Positions 38,273 to 48,340 of a stretch of DNA of 52,092 bases are shown here, in pieces. Under the pieces are notes generated by a model. The model saw only the letters and a program-made list of their open reading frames with translations. It was not told where the DNA came from and did no database searches. This stretch comes from Escherichia phage flopper. Position numbers and translations under genes: made by a program. Within the stretch, counting starts at the first letter, position 1, and every line of letters begins with the position of its first letter. The stretch lies in the sequence record NC_048845.1, one strand, 5' to 3'.

Positions 38273-38899
38273 TTATTTCTCTACTTGATAAGTTACGCGT
38301 TCAATCCAGTTGAACACTTTGAATACAGAATCACCCACTTTACCATCAACTAAATGTTCGTCCACTGTTACGCGGGTAGGTGTGTCTGGGAGGTTGATGT
38401 ATCTGCGAGAATCGCCCGTGAAATCAAAACCATCACGATGCAAACGCACAATGAGGACAAAATCATAAGCAGACTCAATGGCAACGACTTCATCACCAAA
38501 ACCGCCATCGGGATAAATGACATTAATAATGCCACCCATACGCCCCGCGAGTTCTTTAACACGAGCAGCTTCAACCTTACCGAAGTAGTCTTGTCCGTGG
38601 CGAGGCTTATACACATCTTCGCTAACGTGAATAAGAGCCTGACGAGGTGTTCTGCCACCAAGACCTGCAAGGGAGATAGAGTCTTTGAGGTCACGGTCCG
38701 AAGCGTAGTGGATAAACTTGTCCACATCAACTTGAAAGTGTTTGGCAGTATGCTCATACAGTGCATCCTTAAACTGGTGTTTAATGAATTTGCGTTTGCC
38801 AAGGAAGTAGGGTTCCTCAGCAGCAACAATCTTATTTGCAATGGTGTCTTTGCCGCAGCCAGGAGGTCCATTAAGAATAACAGCCAGTCGCTTAATCAA
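38273..38899 (-). CDS. P-loop deoxynucleoside monophosphate kinase-like protein
   Basis: Walker A NGPPGCGKDT (compare T4 dNMP kinase SGKDT); start set to TTG 38899 with GAGGA RBS, avoiding overlap with the ligase gene. Confidence 0.55.
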   Translation of the reverse strand: MIKRLAVILNGPPGCGKDTIANKIVAAEEPYFLGKRKFIKHQFKDALYEHTAKHFQVDVDKFIHYASDRDLKDSISLAGLGGRTPRQALIHVSEDVYKPRHGQDYFGKVEAARVKELAGRMGGIINVIYPDGGFGDEVVAIESAYDFVLIVRLHRDGFDFTGDSRRYINLPDTPTRVTVDEHLVDGKVGDSVFKVFNWIERVTYQVEK

Positions 38900-39647
38900 A
38901 ACTTTCCTCACTTTTGTCTGCACGTAAACGAACGAGTGACGGGAACCGGAACTTACCAGCTTCTGTCTTCTCACGATACCGAACTTGCATAATCGAACCA
39001 ACTAGCTCGTGGCGATGTTCCCACAACCACTTACGAATCAATGTGTTAGATTCTGGAACACCGTGGTCTGCCAGGCAATCTTTCACCATTGAGCCAGCAC
39101 TGCCGTAGTTCGAGGAGATAGAACCACACATACCTTTAAGAGCACCAGTACCTTCTTTCATACCAGTAATCTTAACATCGGCGTATTTATATGGTACAAT
39201 CTTCCACCACTTACCTTTTGCATCACGGACAATGATACCTTCATGACCAAGCGCCAGATATTTATCCATCAATGCCTTAAGGTTTTCATTGCTTGGGTCC
39301 TTGCACCAGCCGATGTACAAGCGTGGGTCAACAGCACCATCACTCAACTCATAAACGTTTTCTTGCGATAACGGTATGGTCGGAGGGTCGATACGCCCAA
39401 GGATAGATGAAGTCTCGTTCCAGGAACCGCGAAAGATTTCTGCATCTTTAAATTTGAGATGGTCACAGTGAGGGAGAGGTTTAGAGTTGCGGCTCCATAC
39501 CTCACCAGAAGCATTACGAATCGCTCGTATGCCGTCAATTTTGATGTACAATTCACATCGACCACGAATAAGACAGTTTGGGTCTTCCCAGTCATGTGCG
39601 TGAGCCTTTGTATATCTTGTACCGTCAGCGAGGAGCTTAATAGACAT
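38892..39647 (-). CDS. ATP-dependent DNA ligase (small phage type)
   Basis: 251 aa with adenylation motif I KIDGIR and EGIIVR/WWKI-type downstream motifs. Confidence 0.7.
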   Translation of the reverse strand: MSIKLLADGTRYTKAHAHDWEDPNCLIRGRCELYIKIDGIRAIRNASGEVWSRNSKPLPHCDHLKFKDAEIFRGSWNETSSILGRIDPPTIPLSQENVYELSDGAVDPRLYIGWCKDPSNENLKALMDKYLALGHEGIIVRDAKGKWWKIVPYKYADVKITGMKEGTGALKGMCGSISSNYGSAGSMVKDCLADHGVPESNTLIRKWLWEHRHELVGSIMQVRYREKTEAGKFRFPSLVRLRADKSEESFD

Positions 39648-40161
39648 TAAGATTCTTTCTCAGGTATTCTCGGACAGCATTCTTACGTCCGATTTTGGTT
39701 TTAGGAACTGGTTCTATTTTAGCAAGATTGCACTTGGCAATTTGCTCTTCGTCAGACAATTTGGCAAATGCAATACACTTCTTCTCAATGACTGCATCAC
39801 GACGTGATACCCCATATCGCTCCATGTATGTAATAATGCCGTGACAATCTTTACACAGCAATTCCAAATCTTCTGGCTGAACCAGTAGAAGGTTGTCCAC
39901 AAAGCGGTGCAAGTCTTCCAACTTAAGGAGGCCACCAACTTGAACTTTGTGGTTTACTTCAATCTCTTTGAGCTTATACAACTTCTTGCAGTGGTAACAT
40001 TGAATGTGGAAGATTGGTTTCTTTGAGTCACCGACCTTCAATGCAATGCGTCGAGATTGTATTAGCGCGAGTTTGCTTGGGTGCTTAGACCAAACACTTC
40101 GAATAGCAGATTGGAGCCAAGATACAAACTTGGCTTCCGTTCCACAATAACCGTAAGCCAT
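39637..40161 (-). CDS. HNH endonuclease
   Basis: CYHCKK...EVNHKV...CKDCH arrangement typical of HNH nucleases. Confidence 0.65.
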   Translation of the reverse strand: MAYGYCGTEAKFVSWLQSAIRSVWSKHPSKLALIQSRRIALKVGDSKKPIFHIQCYHCKKLYKLKEIEVNHKVQVGGLLKLEDLHRFVDNLLLVQPEDLELLCKDCHGIITYMERYGVSRRDAVIEKKCIAFAKLSDEEQIAKCNLAKIEPVPKTKIGRKNAVREYLRKNLNVY

Positions 40162-40172
40162 TCCAACTCCAA

Positions 40173-41234
40173 TTATTTCTGGAGGTACTCTTCTTGAGTG
40201 AGGATACGATTCTCTTTAAGGTCAAAGTATTCGTTAATGTTCTTGTAGTGCCACAAGCGAACACAATTGCCCTTTTCGACTTGATGGTGCATGTAAACAA
40301 GACGACCTACTTTGAGTAGTTCTTGTTCCCAACCATCACCAAAGCGCATGATATATGCGCCAATAACTTTCTTCAAACCTTCTGCATAGGAGGTTGTACC
40401 ATCCAGCATCTCGAATGAAGCAACTGCACCAATTCCATCACGACGGAAATAAGTCTCTCCGGCTTTGGCACCAGTTTTGTAAATTCTTTCTTCAAGAACT
40501 CCGCAACCCATAACGTTATCCGTTGAGTCGCCAATAAGCAATTGATGCAAGAAGAATTTAGGGCCATTGCCCTTAACTTCTTTCTTCTTCGACTTGCCAT
40601 TGTCCTTGATGATTAGTTTGAGTTCGCCGTAATCCTTTGGAGTTACAACCTTCTCACCAATACCCTGGGTTTCTCGTTCCCATTGGTAGTGTTTAATTAC
40701 CGGACCAGCACTACCGTTCTGCCCGATTTGTCGCAAGTCTTTGTCCAACGACGCAATCCAGACTTCATCATATGTGCAAGGACCAATGCGCTTGAGGCTC
40801 TTAATCTCATTACGTTTGCCCATTATCATTTCGTATTCATGACGTGCGAATACGGCAAGGAGGTCATCTGCTTCCAGACCCTTCATCCACACACCGTTCC
40901 AGGCAACCATAAGGTGTGCTTTCGCATTCTTCAAGTTTTCTGGTCGCCAAACATCATCACGGTTGCCTTTGTAATTCTCGGCAAGAACGTTACGGAATGT
41001 TTTGGATGGTGAAATGCAGGTGACTACTTCTGTAGCTCCTACACGTTTCGCAAGGAATTCCATCTTGGAATCCATTGACATTTGAATCTTAGCAAAGTTA
41101 ATATCTTCTGAATCTTTGCCGTATTCCTCAGCAGCACAGTGACTGAATGCAACCATGTCGCCGTCGACCAGCAACAATACTCGTTTCTTACTCACTTTGG
41201 TAAGCTCCAAATTAAAGGCTCCCGAAGGAGCCAT
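40173..41234 (-). CDS. 5'-3' exonuclease (FEN-like, T7 gene 6 type)
   Basis: LLVDGDMVAF, EADD and GDSTDNVMG motifs of the 5' nuclease family. Confidence 0.7.
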   Translation of the reverse strand: MAPSGAFNLELTKVSKKRVLLLVDGDMVAFSHCAAEEYGKDSEDINFAKIQMSMDSKMEFLAKRVGATEVVTCISPSKTFRNVLAENYKGNRDDVWRPENLKNAKAHLMVAWNGVWMKGLEADDLLAVFARHEYEMIMGKRNEIKSLKRIGPCTYDEVWIASLDKDLRQIGQNGSAGPVIKHYQWERETQGIGEKVVTPKDYGELKLIIKDNGKSKKKEVKGNGPKFFLHQLLIGDSTDNVMGCGVLEERIYKTGAKAGETYFRRDGIGAVASFEMLDGTTSYAEGLKKVIGAYIMRFGDGWEQELLKVGRLVYMHHQVEKGNCVRLWHYKNINEYFDLKENRILTQEEYLQK

Positions 41235-41242
41235 ATTTATAA

Positions 41243-42109
41243 TTAGAACGGCATACCCGTACCGCCAGCAGCGCCACCCTCCGCTTCACGCTGTGCTTTT
41301 GCAGCAGCCTGTGCTTCCAGTTCAGCTTTCATAGCTGCATCGACTTCTTCATCAGAAGCCTGATTCGGTACAGCGCCTTCATCAGCAGGTTTACCGCCTA
41401 ATAGTGCAGACAGCTTAGTCTTGTAGAAATCAACACCGGAAGTAATACGGTTCTTGATTGCATACGGAGATTCGCCACCTGGCAGTTTGTTGAATACTTC
41501 TAAGTCCGGCTCAGACATGTCAAAGAAGACAGTCGGATTGACCAGAGCTTTAGCTTCTTTCTTCTCTTTAGATTTCATCGGGGAGAAGGTAGCAACTTTG
41601 TTTGCGACCTGGCCAGCATTCTTACCTGACTGCTTGGTATATTGAACAATGCCAACAATCAGAGGTTCACCAAGCCAATCTGGCAGGTTCTTGGCAGGAT
41701 GGCCCTGAATGCCTTGTTCCAGATTAGGTTTAACTTCCAGTGCATCAATCGCTTTAGCGAATTTGTAGATGTGGGAGTTCTCACCCATGAAGCCGTCAGC
41801 ATTATAGGTAAACTCAAAGTCAAACCAACGCGGCTTGTCTTCAAGATTCTTCGCCATCATGATGCCGTCATCTTCGTCTGGGTCTTGTACCATGACCATT
41901 TTACCTTCACTGTCAACTTCTTTCATGTACTCGTCGAGCAGTTCGAAAGTCACCAGAAGTTTCAAGGACGGAGTAGGATATTTAGCAGAACCAGGCTGTA
42001 AGCCCAGGTCGATAATACGGCAAACACGAGCAGGATAACCACCCGCTTCCAGTAATGGTGCAGCAGAAGGAGTCTTGTTCGAGGCCAGTGTAGGAGCAGC
42101 AAATGCCAT
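41243..42109 (-). CDS. hypothetical replication-module protein, possibly ssDNA-binding (acidic C-terminal tail ending in Phe)
   Basis: 288 aa between DNA polymerase and exonuclease; C-terminus ...AEGGAAGGTGMPF after an acidic stretch. Confidence 0.35.
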   Translation of the reverse strand: MAFAAPTLASNKTPSAAPLLEAGGYPARVCRIIDLGLQPGSAKYPTPSLKLLVTFELLDEYMKEVDSEGKMVMVQDPDEDDGIMMAKNLEDKPRWFDFEFTYNADGFMGENSHIYKFAKAIDALEVKPNLEQGIQGHPAKNLPDWLGEPLIVGIVQYTKQSGKNAGQVANKVATFSPMKSKEKKEAKALVNPTVFFDMSEPDLEVFNKLPGGESPYAIKNRITSGVDFYKTKLSALLGGKPADEGAVPNQASDEEVDAAMKAELEAQAAAKAQREAEGGAAGGTGMPF

Positions 42110-42139
42110 TTTGAGTACCTTTAAATTTCAGTTTAGGAA

Positions 42140-42412
42140 TTAATCGACTTGCAACACAGCAAGACGGAAGTCATATCCAACTAATGCTTCGGTCAGCTCT
42201 TCAATTGAAGACGTTGCCGAAATTAATGTTTGGATGTTTTTGAATGTCTCATCATTAAATGCTTGAGACTGTGGGTCAGACGAAGCGAATACTTTGTCCT
42301 TAATCTTTTCAAGGAACGCCATTACAGCGTCCTTTGCAGGAACTTCGGAATCAGCAGCAAACATATGATGCTCTAATTCCTGCATATCGAAAATTGAATA
42401 TACAGTTTGCAT
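42140..42412 (-). CDS. hypothetical protein
   Basis: 90 aa; its 3' end carries a copy of the conserved motif (42175..42192). Confidence 0.4.
   Translation of the reverse strand: MQTVYSIFDMQELEHHMFAADSEVPAKDAVMAFLEKIKDKVFASSDPQSQAFNDETFKNIQTLISATSSIEELTEALVGYDFRLAVLQVD
42175..42192 (-). promoter_or_regulatory. conserved motif copy (candidate phage promoter) inside the gene end
   Basis: ATCCAACTAATGcTTCgG about 66 nt upstream of the start at 42109. Confidence 0.3.
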
Positions 42413-44325
42413 TAGTGAATCTCTGCGTAGTTATCGCCAAATTGTACATCACATGCACAATCACGATTGAGTTTAAGTTCTTTGTTGGTTCGGTCCATTG
42501 CCTCATTAAGCAAGTCCGTCCACAAATCACGGAAGCCTTTCTTAACTTGGAGAATCAATTCGTCGTGGAATTGTCCGGACAGAAGTGGGTCACAGCCCCA
42601 ACGTTCGTTACAAATTGCAATGATGTTGTTACACCAAACATCAAACACATATGCACCAGTACCCTGACACAATGTGGAGAATCGGTCTTTCTCTGTGCGC
42701 AACGAATACCAGAATTTGTTTACTGGATTCTGTTGCCACATCTGGCCATCAACTGTGATAACTTTGGTGTTCGCAGCAATCTCTTTAATAGACCAGTTCA
42801 AGTCCCAATATGCTTTATGTAGTCGTGCAGCAGTAGTCTGGTCACAGCCAGCAGAACGAGCTACAGTTGGTACGCCAGCACCATACTGACAAGCATAGTT
42901 TGTGGTCTTAAACATTGGACGTTGTTTACACTTCTTAATTCCATCCTTGTGGTCCTGAGATTCCTGTTCAGTAATAAATCCACCAATCACGCCAATTGCA
43001 AGGTGAGCATCATAGTCTGGTGCCAACTGCTTCTTAACGTATTCAGGGTCATACATCCACTGGAAGTGGTGTTTACAACGGTCTTCCAGAGAACACAAGT
43101 CAGAGCCTAACTGTTCGTAGTCTTCGCGCCACGCTTCCAACATTGAACGCAGTTCTTCACCGCCAAATACACGAATAGAAGGGAGGTTAACAAGTTCGCG
43201 ATGTTTAAGGCGTAAAGTATTGGTAAGGCCACCACATCGTGCAGTAAGGAACCCATCTTCATCGACGTCGCGAAGGAAGCCATTAACAACAGACAGACGG
43301 TGTTTATACACGCCCATCCCAATAAGATGTTGAATACCAGAGTCGGGGTTTCTTTCCGCCAGCTTATGCAAGCTCGGACATATTTCAGGATTGCCATCTT
43401 CATCCTTCACAGTGATTTGTGGAATCTGGCGAGTTTCACCTGTTTCCTTGTTGCGGTCAAACTTAAAGGTTTCTGGTTCCCAGCCCAGGCTGAACAACCA
43501 ATCTTTAATTTGAACATGTGAACCAGCATTAGGCTTCTTATAGCCTTTAAGAACTTTGATAGCTAAGTCTGGGTCTTTCCAGTCCAAACCGTTTGCATCA
43601 CAAATAGCCTTCCACTTAATTCCAGTGGCAGACAGTTGCCCGTTCATCTTGTGGCATTTAGCTGGACGGGTTTTGATAACATATTCCGGAACACGAGGCA
43701 TTGATGCTTCCAATGCGTCCGTCTTCTCTTTAATCATTGGCTCCAGCTTGGCTTTAAATGCCAATGCCTTCTCAATGTTTAACTTCCAGCGAGTACGTTG
43801 CTGAATAACTTGTTGACGAGCTTTTGTCATTAAGTATTCAACGAAGCGCTTAACTTCGCTAGGAGATTTATAAATCTTCAAGAGTTGAATGTATTGCTGT
43901 TCCCACAGCTTCAACTGAATCTTGCAGTCTTCCATCACACGATGGTTGTATTCTTCTTGAGTTTGATTTTCCCAATCTTCAATGACTGGTTTTGGCACAC
44001 CAAACTCTTCGCCGTAACCCTCTAAACCGTGCTTAACACGACGAGGTTGCAGATACCAACTGATAAACAAAGTATCAATTAGTGTACATTTTGAAACGTC
44101 GTAGCCAAGGAACCTCAGTGCTTCAAAGTCAAAGGTTGCGCCGTTGTGCATGATTAATGTTGGGCCTGTGTCCAGAAATGCCTGGATAGATTTTCTGTCG
44201 GTCCACTCTATTACAGTTTCTTCACGAGTCAGAACATCAATATATCCGATGTTGTGAAGACGTGGTGCAGCTTGCTTTCGCATTTGCTCCAACAGACCAG
44301 TTGTTTCAATGTCACTGGCATACAT
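42412..44325 (-). CDS. family A DNA polymerase (T7 gp5-like)
   Basis: N-terminus MYASDIETTGLLE and LIMHNGATFDFEAL parallel T7 gp5 MIVSDIEANALLE / LIVFHNGHKYD; motif B RPMFKTTNYACQYGAG; motif C FHDELILQV. Start set to ATG 44325 (track ORF begins at GTG 44346). Confidence 0.85.
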   Translation of the reverse strand: MYASDIETTGLLEQMRKQAAPRLHNIGYIDVLTREETVIEWTDRKSIQAFLDTGPTLIMHNGATFDFEALRFLGYDVSKCTLIDTLFISWYLQPRRVKHGLEGYGEEFGVPKPVIEDWENQTQEEYNHRVMEDCKIQLKLWEQQYIQLLKIYKSPSEVKRFVEYLMTKARQQVIQQRTRWKLNIEKALAFKAKLEPMIKEKTDALEASMPRVPEYVIKTRPAKCHKMNGQLSATGIKWKAICDANGLDWKDPDLAIKVLKGYKKPNAGSHVQIKDWLFSLGWEPETFKFDRNKETGETRQIPQITVKDEDGNPEICPSLHKLAERNPDSGIQHLIGMGVYKHRLSVVNGFLRDVDEDGFLTARCGGLTNTLRLKHRELVNLPSIRVFGGEELRSMLEAWREDYEQLGSDLCSLEDRCKHHFQWMYDPEYVKKQLAPDYDAHLAIGVIGGFITEQESQDHKDGIKKCKQRPMFKTTNYACQYGAGVPTVARSAGCDQTTAARLHKAYWDLNWSIKEIAANTKVITVDGQMWQQNPVNKFWYSLRTEKDRFSTLCQGTGAYVFDVWCNNIIAICNERWGCDPLLSGQFHDELILQVKKGFRDLWTDLLNEAMDRTNKELKLNRDCACDVQFGDNYAEIH

Positions 44326-44411
44326 ATTTTCCCAAGGATACAACACAGTATGGCTCCAATGGATTGGTGAGGGCTACGCTGGTGGGCGGACCATGCAGCG
44401 TAGCAGCTCTG

Positions 44412-46175
44412 TTATTGATGAGGACCGTTCTTCTTAGTAAGTTGAACAATCTCTTTAGTTTCGAACAGAGAGTCATCCCAAGAACGTTGAATAATTCGAC
44501 CAGATTCGGTGTCATAATACGTCTTGAAGCCTTCTGTTTTACCACTCTTACGAGCTTTGATGGAACGAATAATAGAGCAGTTTGGGTCAACTGCCTGGCT
44601 ATTACGCTCAAAGCCGAACATACCATGAGAATATTTAGCAGCAGCACGGGAGCCAGTAAAGTCTGACTTCTTAATACGGCCACCATCCTCATGAGGTCGT
44701 TGACCTTTTGCCACAGGGTTAAGGTGCGACAAGATATTCACATGGAACTGGTATTGGTCTGCCAGCTTAGTAATATCTGCATACAGCTTACCTAAGAAGT
44801 CGTTCTTCTCTGAGGCAGAAATCCCTTCCGATAAGTAGGTTAAGTTATCAAGGACAAACATATCAATGTCTGGTCCAATCTGACGAAGAATCGTCTTTAA
44901 CCCATCCCAGGTTTCATAAGGGTCTTCTCCGGCTTGCTTGCGGTCCCAAATCTCCATGTTACGAAGCATCTTCGCAGCAGTTTGACGGAACTTAGCTTCA
45001 TCATATCGAGGGTCTTCACGAGTAAACGCAGGTTCCCAATATGGCAAGTTGTCATTAAGGCCAGCCATTCGGCGCAATGTTTCTGTAGGAGTTTCCTCCA
45101 TGTATGCAGTAAACACTCCCCAATCGTGCTTGGTAATGTTGTGATGCACAATCTGACGGGACAGCGTAGTTTTACCACCACCTTCTGCACCACCGATTGT
45201 AATAACTTCGGCTCGACGTTGACCAAACATTAGGTCGGTTAACTTGGGCCAAGGATAATCCACACCCTGTTCAACCTCGTCATCAAGTTCCTCCATAAGA
45301 AGTTCTTTGTTGACAAGTGCTGTAGGAAGAGGACGAGCAGCACGGAATACAACAGCAGATTGAGTAGCTTTCAGCAAGCCACGCTTCAAACAATCGTTGG
45401 CATCGTTAGCTGGAAGTGTTGCAATCATTGCACCAGGCAACAATCGACACGCTTCTTTTGCAGCTTTACGTCCAGGCTCATCATCATCAAATACGATAAC
45501 AACCTGCTCCCAACGCTGCTTAATTTCTTCTGCAACTGGTGACAAGCATTTGTGTACGGAATCACTTCCATCACTCAAACTAATTACAGCAAAATCCAAA
45601 TCTTCATATGCACCACCACGGTTCATAGTTTTGAGGATTTGACGCAATGCGATGCAGTCTTCTTCACCTTCTGTGATGAACAGTGTCTTACCGCCAATTG
45701 CTTTTGCAGCCATCCAGTTGTAAGGGTCGTTACCCTGGGTGTCGCCAACCGACCACATAACTTTCTTGTTCAGAAGTTTAATCTTCCAACGAACAAGTTT
45801 ACCATTTTTGGTATAGCCATGTGCCAGAGCATTTGGAGTCTTCCCATCATACTCTGAATACAGAAGTCGAACACCAGCAGCTTTCCAAAATTCCGGCTCA
45901 ATGCTGCGATGGGTTAAATCAAACGGAGGACAAGCAGTGATTTCATCAACTTCTTCCTGAATTTCTTCTGGAGTTTTGACCTTAATCTCTGGAATGTTCT
46001 CCGGATTATTGCCATAGGGATTTGGTACTAGAACGCCACACGCAAAGCAGTAACCAGAGAAGTTCTTATTACCAGCTTCATCGACATTCAACCAAACCTG
46101 TAAAGACTTGCCAGATGTGGATTTACAGTCTGGTACATCGTGCTTAATCTTAGCCACACATTGCTTGACGTTCAT
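44412..46175 (-). CDS. primase-helicase (T7 gp4-like)
   Basis: N-terminal Cys4 zinc motif, TOPRIM EGEEDCIA, helicase Walker A GGAEGGGKTT. Confidence 0.85.
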   Translation of the reverse strand: MNVKQCVAKIKHDVPDCKSTSGKSLQVWLNVDEAGNKNFSGYCFACGVLVPNPYGNNPENIPEIKVKTPEEIQEEVDEITACPPFDLTHRSIEPEFWKAAGVRLLYSEYDGKTPNALAHGYTKNGKLVRWKIKLLNKKVMWSVGDTQGNDPYNWMAAKAIGGKTLFITEGEEDCIALRQILKTMNRGGAYEDLDFAVISLSDGSDSVHKCLSPVAEEIKQRWEQVVIVFDDDEPGRKAAKEACRLLPGAMIATLPANDANDCLKRGLLKATQSAVVFRAARPLPTALVNKELLMEELDDEVEQGVDYPWPKLTDLMFGQRRAEVITIGGAEGGGKTTLSRQIVHHNITKHDWGVFTAYMEETPTETLRRMAGLNDNLPYWEPAFTREDPRYDEAKFRQTAAKMLRNMEIWDRKQAGEDPYETWDGLKTILRQIGPDIDMFVLDNLTYLSEGISASEKNDFLGKLYADITKLADQYQFHVNILSHLNPVAKGQRPHEDGGRIKKSDFTGSRAAAKYSHGMFGFERNSQAVDPNCSIIRSIKARKSGKTEGFKTYYDTESGRIIQRSWDDSLFETKEIVQLTKKNGPHQ

Positions 46176-46179
46176 TTAT

Positions 46180-46830
46180 TTATTCCTGGTTGGTCAGAGC
46201 CTTCCAACAAATTGGGAACAGTTCTGACATGATTTTATTCACTTCTTCCGCAAACAAGCGAACTTCGTATTGCGCATGTTCGGAGGAACGTTGATTATAC
46301 ATAGATGCCCAGCCATAAAGTGAGCCAGTCCAAATCCATTCAGTCATCATGGATTGTGGAAGAACCATGCGAGCTTGCTCTGGGGCAATCCCCAAACCAA
46401 TTAACGTTTCATACTCTGCGATGCAAGCCTTGTTATGACTTTCCATGCGATAATGAATATCGTCAGCAAAATCTTGTGGCAACGGTTGTGCAGTCTGAGT
46501 CATCAACTTCTCAGGACGACCGAGTACAACATCTGGTACAAAGCATTCAATCGAGATTGCTTCACCATCTTTGTAACGACGGCTAACCTCATTCCAACTA
46601 AAGCCAGTTTGATGTTTGCCGAGCTGACGTGCAATGAAGATTGGAGCTTTGCAACGCAATGTTACCTGTGCGTGGCGAAACGGCGTAATGTGCTTATGCT
46701 TTGCAAGAAACTCAATCAGCCTCTCGTCACGTAAAGATATTTCATGCGATTCTGCACCATAAGAAACTCGTGCAGCATTAACAGTTGTGAGGTCGCTGCC
46801 CATGTGGTCAACGAGTGTTGCAGTAATCAT
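46180..46830 (-). CDS. thyX: flavin-dependent thymidylate synthase (ThyX-like)
   Basis: 216 aa with ThyX-like core (FRHA...ARQLGKHQTGFSWNEVSRRY); the RHR motif is slightly degenerate. Confidence 0.7.
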   Translation of the reverse strand: MITATLVDHMGSDLTTVNAARVSYGAESHEISLRDERLIEFLAKHKHITPFRHAQVTLRCKAPIFIARQLGKHQTGFSWNEVSRRYKDGEAISIECFVPDVVLGRPEKLMTQTAQPLPQDFADDIHYRMESHNKACIAEYETLIGLGIAPEQARMVLPQSMMTEWIWTGSLYGWASMYNQRSSEHAQYEVRLFAEEVNKIMSELFPICWKALTNQE

Positions 46831-46886
46831 TTGCTCTCCGGTTCATATGGTGGGAGATTAATTAGCTCCGCACCATGATAATGGTA

Positions 46887-47117
46887 TTATTTTAATGACG
46901 CCTGAATTTCTTTCATCGACGCATTTAGTACAGAACGCTTTTCATATTCGCGTTGATTGTACGTGTTTGTCAGTGCTTCCGCAGCTTCTATTGACAAGAT
47001 TGCAAAACCACCAAAGGCATTGCGAACTTCTTCAATATCCATGTGCAGGACTTCACTGGTAATTTGGCTGGCTATTACGGCCTTATAAATCTCTTCGGCA
47101 ATTTCAGCAGTTTTCAT
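46887..47117 (-). CDS. hypothetical protein
   Basis: 76-aa ORF. Confidence 0.4.
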   Translation of the reverse strand: MKTAEIAEEIYKAVIASQITSEVLHMDIEEVRNAFGGFAILSIEAAEALTNTYNQREYEKRSVLNASMKEIQASLK

Positions 47118-47374
47118 GTTTCTCTCCAGTTAAAAATTTAAGTAAGTGTCCTGACGTGGACTATTACGAACATTACAAAACATTGGCTTAAATGATGTTT
47201 CCACTGCGGCCAAGACACTTATTAAATTTGATTCGAACCGCCCAAGTGAATCAGCCTTGTTTATGGGGACCATCGGGGAAAAGTATAAACCCGCTTAATG
47301 CTCGCATCATGTTTGAACATTAAGAACCCTCGACTTGCATATTTCATGTGTATAGGAACATAGTCTGGATTTTG

Positions 47375-47393
47375 AATCCAACTAACTTCGGGA
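47375..47393 (-). promoter_or_regulatory. degenerate copy of the conserved motif
   Basis: gAATCCAACTAActtcggg. Confidence 0.25.
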
Positions 47394-47962
47394 TGAGGAG
47401 TAACCCAAACGAAAGCCTGAACTTTCTTTCTGCACAACACAATCAGCGCAACTAAGCCGTATCGCTACGGTATGCCAGACGCTCTCTTGAGCCTTTTGAA
47501 CAGAGGCATAACTGTTGGAGGAAATTGGCGGGCACGTGACTGACACTTTGCACATCATGGAAGACGTTTTGCAACACATCTTCTAGTGACTGACATTTGC
47601 ACTAGCCCATTGTTCGGGGGATTCACTGGAATCGAACCAGTCAGGTCGTTTCACCACGGTCAAGCCCGTACATACGAAAATCCCATTGAATTTGGTGGCC
47701 GATACGTTGGCCAGACGCTGTGGCCTTTACGCGGCCAACGTGCCATTAATGCTGGCAAGACAGAGCTAACGTTCTCAAGCACTTTGTCTAGGTATGTTCC
47801 CGGCCACTGTTCTAGGAAGTGACTACCTGAACTTTCTCGCGTTCAATACGAGGCAGCAATTTTAATTGTTATGCCCAGAGCAATTGCAGGAGTTACACCT
47901 GCCATACCACAAGTGGCTAGAGTCTCGTTATTTAAAGTCGCGCACTCCCTCGACTTGTTCAC

Positions 47963-48172
47963 TCACTGTCGGGTAAGTTGAGAACACTTTTGTGCCCACG
48001 TTTCATTGTGGACTAAAATCTGTGTTTTGGTTTCGCGTGATAAGATTTTCACTTCTGCAACATTCAAATAAATTGGTTGTGCAATCAAGCAGTAATCACT
48101 TACGAACCCACTTTGAGAGCAACTCACTATCGACATTGCTATCAGAACTGCTAGACACTTCTTTCTGAACAT
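47963..48172 (-). CDS. putative o-spanin (outer-membrane lipoprotein, Rz1-like)
   Basis: 69 aa; signal plus lipobox-like MFRKKCLAVLIAMSIVSC; starts inside the 3' end of the upstream TM-protein gene in another frame. Confidence 0.45.
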   Translation of the reverse strand: MFRKKCLAVLIAMSIVSCSQSGFVSDYCLIAQPIYLNVAEVKILSRETKTQILVHNETWAQKCSQLTRQ

Positions 48173-48332
48173 GCGATTTAATCTCGATAGATTCTTTTAA
48201 TGAATCTAGTTGCTTCTCTGTGGCTTCCTGACGCTCCTCGGCTTTGCCTGAGCTTTTGCCTTTGAGGAACACTGCAATAAGAATACCAAATGCAGTCAGG
48301 ACGCCAAGAATTACTGATTTAAGCTGTTGCAT
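48096..48332 (-). CDS. putative i-spanin (Rz-like), short
   Basis: 78 aa with N-terminal TM helix (VILGVLTAFGILIAVFL) then charged helical domain; AAGGTG RBS. Confidence 0.45.
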   Translation of the reverse strand: MQQLKSVILGVLTAFGILIAVFLKGKSSGKAEERQEATEKQLDSLKESIEIKSHVQKEVSSSSDSNVDSELLSKWVRK

Positions 48333-48340
48333 AAATCACC

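Noticed and set aside
47220-47245. T-loop-like GGTTCGAATC on the minus strand as a third tRNA.
   Set aside because: The flanking 5-nt segments are not complementary (no T-stem) and no acceptor pairing was found.
47617-47685. 68-nt element with T-arm and 7-bp acceptor-like pairing as a tRNA gene.
   Set aside because: No D-arm or anticodon arm can be formed and it is too short; it is reported only as a degenerate tRNA-like relic inside a finding.
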